Source of the DNA: an uncultured Verrucomicrobiota bacterium
GTDB lineage: Bacteria; Verrucomicrobiota; Kiritimatiellia; CAIVKH01
DNA: 64,000 bases
Direction of reading: 5' to 3'
Assembly (NCBI GenBank): GCA_937996795.1
Contig: CALKUH010000050.1
Coordinates: forward strand, 5,867 to 69,866
This document shows positions 60,538 through 64,000 of this stretch, one piece after another. Both the position numbers and the translations under genes were made by a program. The notes below the pieces were generated by a model. It was not told the DNA's origin, did not search any database, and saw only the letters and a program-made list of their open reading frames with translations. Each line of letters begins with the position of its first letter. Within the stretch, counting starts at the first letter, position 1.

Positions 60538-61533
60538 TTACGCGGAAGACCGACCGCAGGTCTCGCGCACCACGAGACGCGGCGCAAACCGCATGTGTCC
60601 CTGGACGCGCTCGCCCACCGCAAACCGAACAGCCGCCGCGCCGATTTCGCCGAGCGGCACCTCGACCGTGGTCAGCCCTACAAAGCGCGCCGTGTAGATG
60701 TCGTCGAAGCCTGTCACCGCGGTATCCTCCGGCACGCGGATGCCTTGTTCCTTCAATGCCTGCAGCACCCCGAGCGCGGTCGCGTCGTTCAGCGCCATCC
60801 AGGCATCCGGCATCGCGCGGCCCGCCTTGAGCCAGGACGCCACCGCCGCCGCGCCGGCGCGCTCCGTGAAATCGCCGGGCAGCACATCCTCGTCCGACAG
60901 CGCGATGCCGCGCTCAAGCAAGGCGTTGCGACACGCGTCCAGGCGTTCCTCCGCGTCGTAGGTGCCGTGTGGCCCGCCGACCACGACCACGTGGCGGTGA
61001 CGACGGACCGCCACGAGATGGTCCACGAGCTGTTCCATTCCAGCCGCGTTGTCGATCACGAGCGATGAAACCCCCTTCAGGGTTGTGGGCCGGTCGAGTT
61101 GCACGAGCGGCAACCCGCGCCGCGCGATCGATTCAATGAACACATCATCAAGCCCGAGATTCATCACCACCAGCGAGTCCACCCGGCGGCCCGTCGCGAA
61201 GGACAGCAACTGTTCGCGCGCGTCGTCGTCCGACGCCGCAACCACCGTCAGGATGTGTTTGCCCATCCGCAGCGCTTCGTCACTGATCGCGCTGAGCAGC
61301 TCGGCATAAAAACCCGCCGTCACCGCTGGAAATACCACGCCGATCAAATCCGTCCGTTGCCGCGCCAGCGCCACCGCCGCATGGCTGGGCTGATAGCCCA
61401 TTTCGTCGGCGACGCGACGCACCCGCGCCGCCGTTTCCGCGTTCACGTCCCACCGCCCGTTTAGGGCGCGCGAGACTGTGCCGTACGAAACGCCAGCCCG
61501 TTCCGCCACATCAAAAAGGGTCACTTTTCCCAT
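60538..61533 (-). CDS. LacI-family transcriptional regulator
   Basis: HTH start VTLFDVAERAGVSYGTVSRALNG plus a periplasmic-binding-protein-like effector domain. Confidence 0.9.
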   Translation of the reverse strand: MGKVTLFDVAERAGVSYGTVSRALNGRWDVNAETAARVRRVADEMGYQPSHAAVALARQRTDLIGVVFPAVTAGFYAELLSAISDEALRMGKHILTVVAASDDDAREQLLSFATGRRVDSLVVMNLGLDDVFIESIARRGLPLVQLDRPTTLKGVSSLVIDNAAGMEQLVDHLVAVRRHRHVVVVGGPHGTYDAEERLDACRNALLERGIALSDEDVLPGDFTERAGAAAVASWLKAGRAMPDAWMALNDATALGVLQALKEQGIRVPEDTAVTGFDDIYTARFVGLTTVEVPLGEIGAAAVRFAVGERVQGHMRFAPRLVVRETCGRSSA

Positions 61534-61626
61534 ATCGTCAGCGCTTACGGTACGCCGCGTGCTTACGGCTGTCAACGCTGCTTTTTTAGGAAAGCGCGGG
61601 GCGTTCTGCCGGCCCGCGCGGATTTG

Positions 61627-63975
61627 CTACTGGCTGAGCACGGTGTATTCGCGGGTGGCGTCGTTGAAGTACACCTCCGCGAAGGACAGGTCGGCCCAGA
61701 TGTCCGCGCCGTTGCTTTCCGCCACGCCGGTGAACGGGGGGGTCAGGGTCGGCGGGTTGTTGTCGCCCCAGTTGGCGGACCATCCGCCGTTGGCGGCGAA
61801 CTTGAACTGGACGCGGCCGCCGGCGAAGAAGCCGGCGTACCACAGGTTGTTGTCCACCAGCCGCATCGGTGTGCCCGCCGGGTTCCAGCCGTTGAACGAG
61901 CCGGGCAGCGCCATGCTCGTGTGGTTGCGGCGGATCGGATTCGCCGCGAGCGGGCTGGTGCCGTTGCGGTACTCGTAGAAATTCCAAAATCCGTCGTTGT
62001 CGGGGTCGAGCCGCGCGTCATTCTGATCATTCGGGTTCAGGCCGTAGCTGGTTTCCCACGCGTCGGGCATGCCGTCGGCGTCCGTGTCCTGGATCGTGAC
62101 CTCGACCGAATACAGGCGCGTCTGCTCGTTGAACCGCACGCGCAGGTCGCCGTTCAGCGTGCCGTTGATGCGGATGTTGCCGCCGCCGGCCTCCGCGCCG
62201 CCCGAGGCGGGCACGTCGAAGTCGGACTGGTTGTTCTCGCCCCAGTTCGACGCCCACGCGTTGTTCGCCGCGAACTTGAATTGCAGGCCGGTGACGCCGC
62301 TCACCGTCGCGGTGTATTCCCATGTGTAGTTCGCGACGAGCCGCATCGGCGCCGCCGCCGGGCTCCACGCGTTCAACGTGCCGGGCCAGTGCATCGACGC
62401 ATACGCGCTGGCGAAGTTCGCGACGCGCGGGTTGGTGCCGTTCTGGTACTCCTGCAGGTTCGTGAAGCCGTCGCCGTCCGGGTCGAGCCCCGCGTCGGAC
62501 GCATCGTTCGGATTGAGCCCGTTCGCCGTCTCCCACGCGTCGGGCATGCCGTCGCCATCCGTGTCCGCCGGCGGCACGAGCGAGATCGTGTACACGCGCG
62601 TCTGCTCGTTGAAGAGGAACCGGTACACGCCGTTCAGCGCGCCGTTCACCACGATGTCCGCGCTGCCGTTCTCGGCCGTGCCGAGGACCGGCAGATCGCG
62701 ATCGGTCTGGTTCGCCTCGCCCCAGTTCACCGCCCAGCCGTCGTTCGCCGCGAACTTGAAGCGGAACGCGCCGCTCGTGATCCCGAGGCGGGCCTCCCAC
62801 AGGTAGTCGTCAACGAGCCGCATGTTGCGCGCGGCGGGGTTCCAGCTGTTCTGCACGCCCGCGACGGCGAGCTGCGCGTACGCGCTGCGCATCGGATCAA
62901 CCACGCGCGGATTGCTGCCGCGCTGGTACTCGCGCAGGTTGCTGAACCCGTCGCCATCCGCGTCGAGCGCGGCGTCCGACGAGTCGTTCGGGTTGAGCGC
63001 GTATTCCACCTCCCACGCGTCGGGCATGCCGTCGCCGTCCGTGTCCACCGGCGGCACGAACTCCACGCGGTACGCCAGCGTGCGCTCGTGGAAGGTGAAC
63101 CGGTACAGGCCGTTCAGCGTGCCGTTCACCACGATGTCCGCGCGCCCGGCCTCGGCGACCTGGTTTTCCACCGGCAGGTCGCGGTCAGCCTGGTTCGCCT
63201 CGCCCCAGTTCGACGCCCAGCCGTCGTTCGCGGCGAACTTGAAGCGGACGCCGGTCGCGTTGGCCAGCGGAAGCTCCGCCTGCCACAGGTGGTCGCCGAC
63301 GAGCCGCATGTTGCGCGCCGCCGGGTTCCATCCGTTGAACGTCGCCGCCACGGCCATGCGCGCGTGGTCGGAGGCGTAGGTCAGCTCCGTGCCGAGCCGG
63401 CCGTTGATGAAATAGTAGCCCTGGCATCCATAGTCCGAGTAGCCGCTCGGCGTCGCCGCCATCGGCTGGCCCACGCCCACGCCGCTGATCTGCAGGTAGT
63501 AGAGCCCCGCCGGGACCTGCGCGCGGATGCGCGCGCCGAGCTGGTCCGCCGGATTGCTCACCGCCACCACGATCCAGTTCGCGTCGAGCAGGCGGACCTC
63601 CAGGTCGAGGTTGCCGCCGAGCTTCGTGGTCGACACGTCGTTCGTGTGCTGGAAGGCGGAGATCGTCAGGTCGATGCCGCCCGACGGCGCGTAGACGTGG
63701 AAAAAGTCGACATCGTTGTACCCGTAGTAGCCGAGGATGCCGCGGTTCACGAAGTTCTGGCTGTTCGGCTCGGCGATCCAGTCCACGCTTACGACCTCGT
63801 TGCTGCCGGTCAGGATCAGCGGACGCGAGGTGCCGAGGGTCGGCGCGCCGAGGTCCTCATCCGCCCGCGCGCCGAGCCGCTGCAGCATGATGGACAGGTC
63901 GTCCTCCGGGTTGTTCGCGTGGTAGTAGTCGCCGCGGCTCCATTGCGACACGTTGCCGCCGTAGCTCGCGCCCAT
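61627..63975 (-). CDS. Large repeat protein (5' end probably beyond the window): PPC-like domain, then four tandem roughly 125-aa Trp-rich repeats, each followed by TSP type-3-like Asp-rich Ca-binding motifs
   Basis: Four repeats follow the pattern FNGWNPAARNMRLV..W......FKFAANDGWASNWGE....DTDGDGMPDAWE..LNPND.SDA.LD.DGDGF.NL.EYQ.G.NPRV. The ORF reaches the right edge of the window. Confidence 0.65.
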   Translation of the reverse strand: MGASYGGNVSQWSRGDYYHANNPEDDLSIMLQRLGARADEDLGAPTLGTSRPLILTGSNEVVSVDWIAEPNSQNFVNRGILGYYGYNDVDFFHVYAPSGGIDLTISAFQHTNDVSTTKLGGNLDLEVRLLDANWIVVAVSNPADQLGARIRAQVPAGLYYLQISGVGVGQPMAATPSGYSDYGCQGYYFINGRLGTELTYASDHARMAVAATFNGWNPAARNMRLVGDHLWQAELPLANATGVRFKFAANDGWASNWGEANQADRDLPVENQVAEAGRADIVVNGTLNGLYRFTFHERTLAYRVEFVPPVDTDGDGMPDAWEVEYALNPNDSSDAALDADGDGFSNLREYQRGSNPRVVDPMRSAYAQLAVAGVQNSWNPAARNMRLVDDYLWEARLGITSGAFRFKFAANDGWAVNWGEANQTDRDLPVLGTAENGSADIVVNGALNGVYRFLFNEQTRVYTISLVPPADTDGDGMPDAWETANGLNPNDASDAGLDPDGDGFTNLQEYQNGTNPRVANFASAYASMHWPGTLNAWSPAAAPMRLVANYTWEYTATVSGVTGLQFKFAANNAWASNWGENNQSDFDVPASGGAEAGGGNIRINGTLNGDLRVRFNEQTRLYSVEVTIQDTDADGMPDAWETSYGLNPNDQNDARLDPDNDGFWNFYEYRNGTSPLAANPIRRNHTSMALPGSFNGWNPAGTPMRLVDNNLWYAGFFAGGRVQFKFAANGGWSANWGDNNPPTLTPPFTGVAESNGADIWADLSFAEVYFNDATREYTVLSQ

Positions 63976-64000
63976 GATCGGCGCCCAGAAACCGGTGTCC

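Overview
This is a high-GC window (about 65-70% by eye) from a bacterial chromosome, most consistent with the PVC superphylum (Verrucomicrobia-, Kiritimatiellae- or Lentisphaerae-like). The pointers are abundant prepilin-type N-terminal methylation-domain proteins, PEP-CTERM proteins, many glycoside-hydrolase (CAZyme) genes and hybrid histidine kinases. The window holds about 55 protein-coding genes and no rRNA, tRNA or CRISPR that I could see. I found no transposase or integrase; the mobile-looking sequences are two short intergenic repeat families and a low-GC accessory island, listed below.

The housekeeping core includes murA, glmS, queA, lysA, argG, nth, a TatD-family hydrolase, a tcdA-like dehydratase, gcvT, era, a beta-CASP MBL-fold RNase, tatA, an Fe/Mn superoxide dismutase (sodA/sodB), gnd and a MATE exporter.

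The stretches that most deserve a second look are:
- a roughly 5.6-kb low-GC island (about 22.97-28.59 kb) with four co-directional genes for secreted or membrane-anchored hypothetical proteins plus an XRE regulator;
- a roughly 14-kb minus-strand glycan-utilisation operon (59.26 down to 45.18 kb) in which eight consecutive genes are joined by ATGA or GTGA start/stop overlaps, and which has a pseudopilin-like gene embedded in it;
- two short intergenic repeat families: a TIR-bearing element carrying tandem TTACAGACGTTGCAAC motifs, and a GTGACC(A/G)GT palindromic or tandem repeat, one copy of which lies in frame inside queA;
- a cluster of three hybrid sensor kinases next to an orphan PstS-like binding protein;
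- two tandem PEP-CTERM paralogues next to a LacI regulator.

All coordinates come from the ORF track plus reading the sequence by eye, so gene starts may be off by a few codons.
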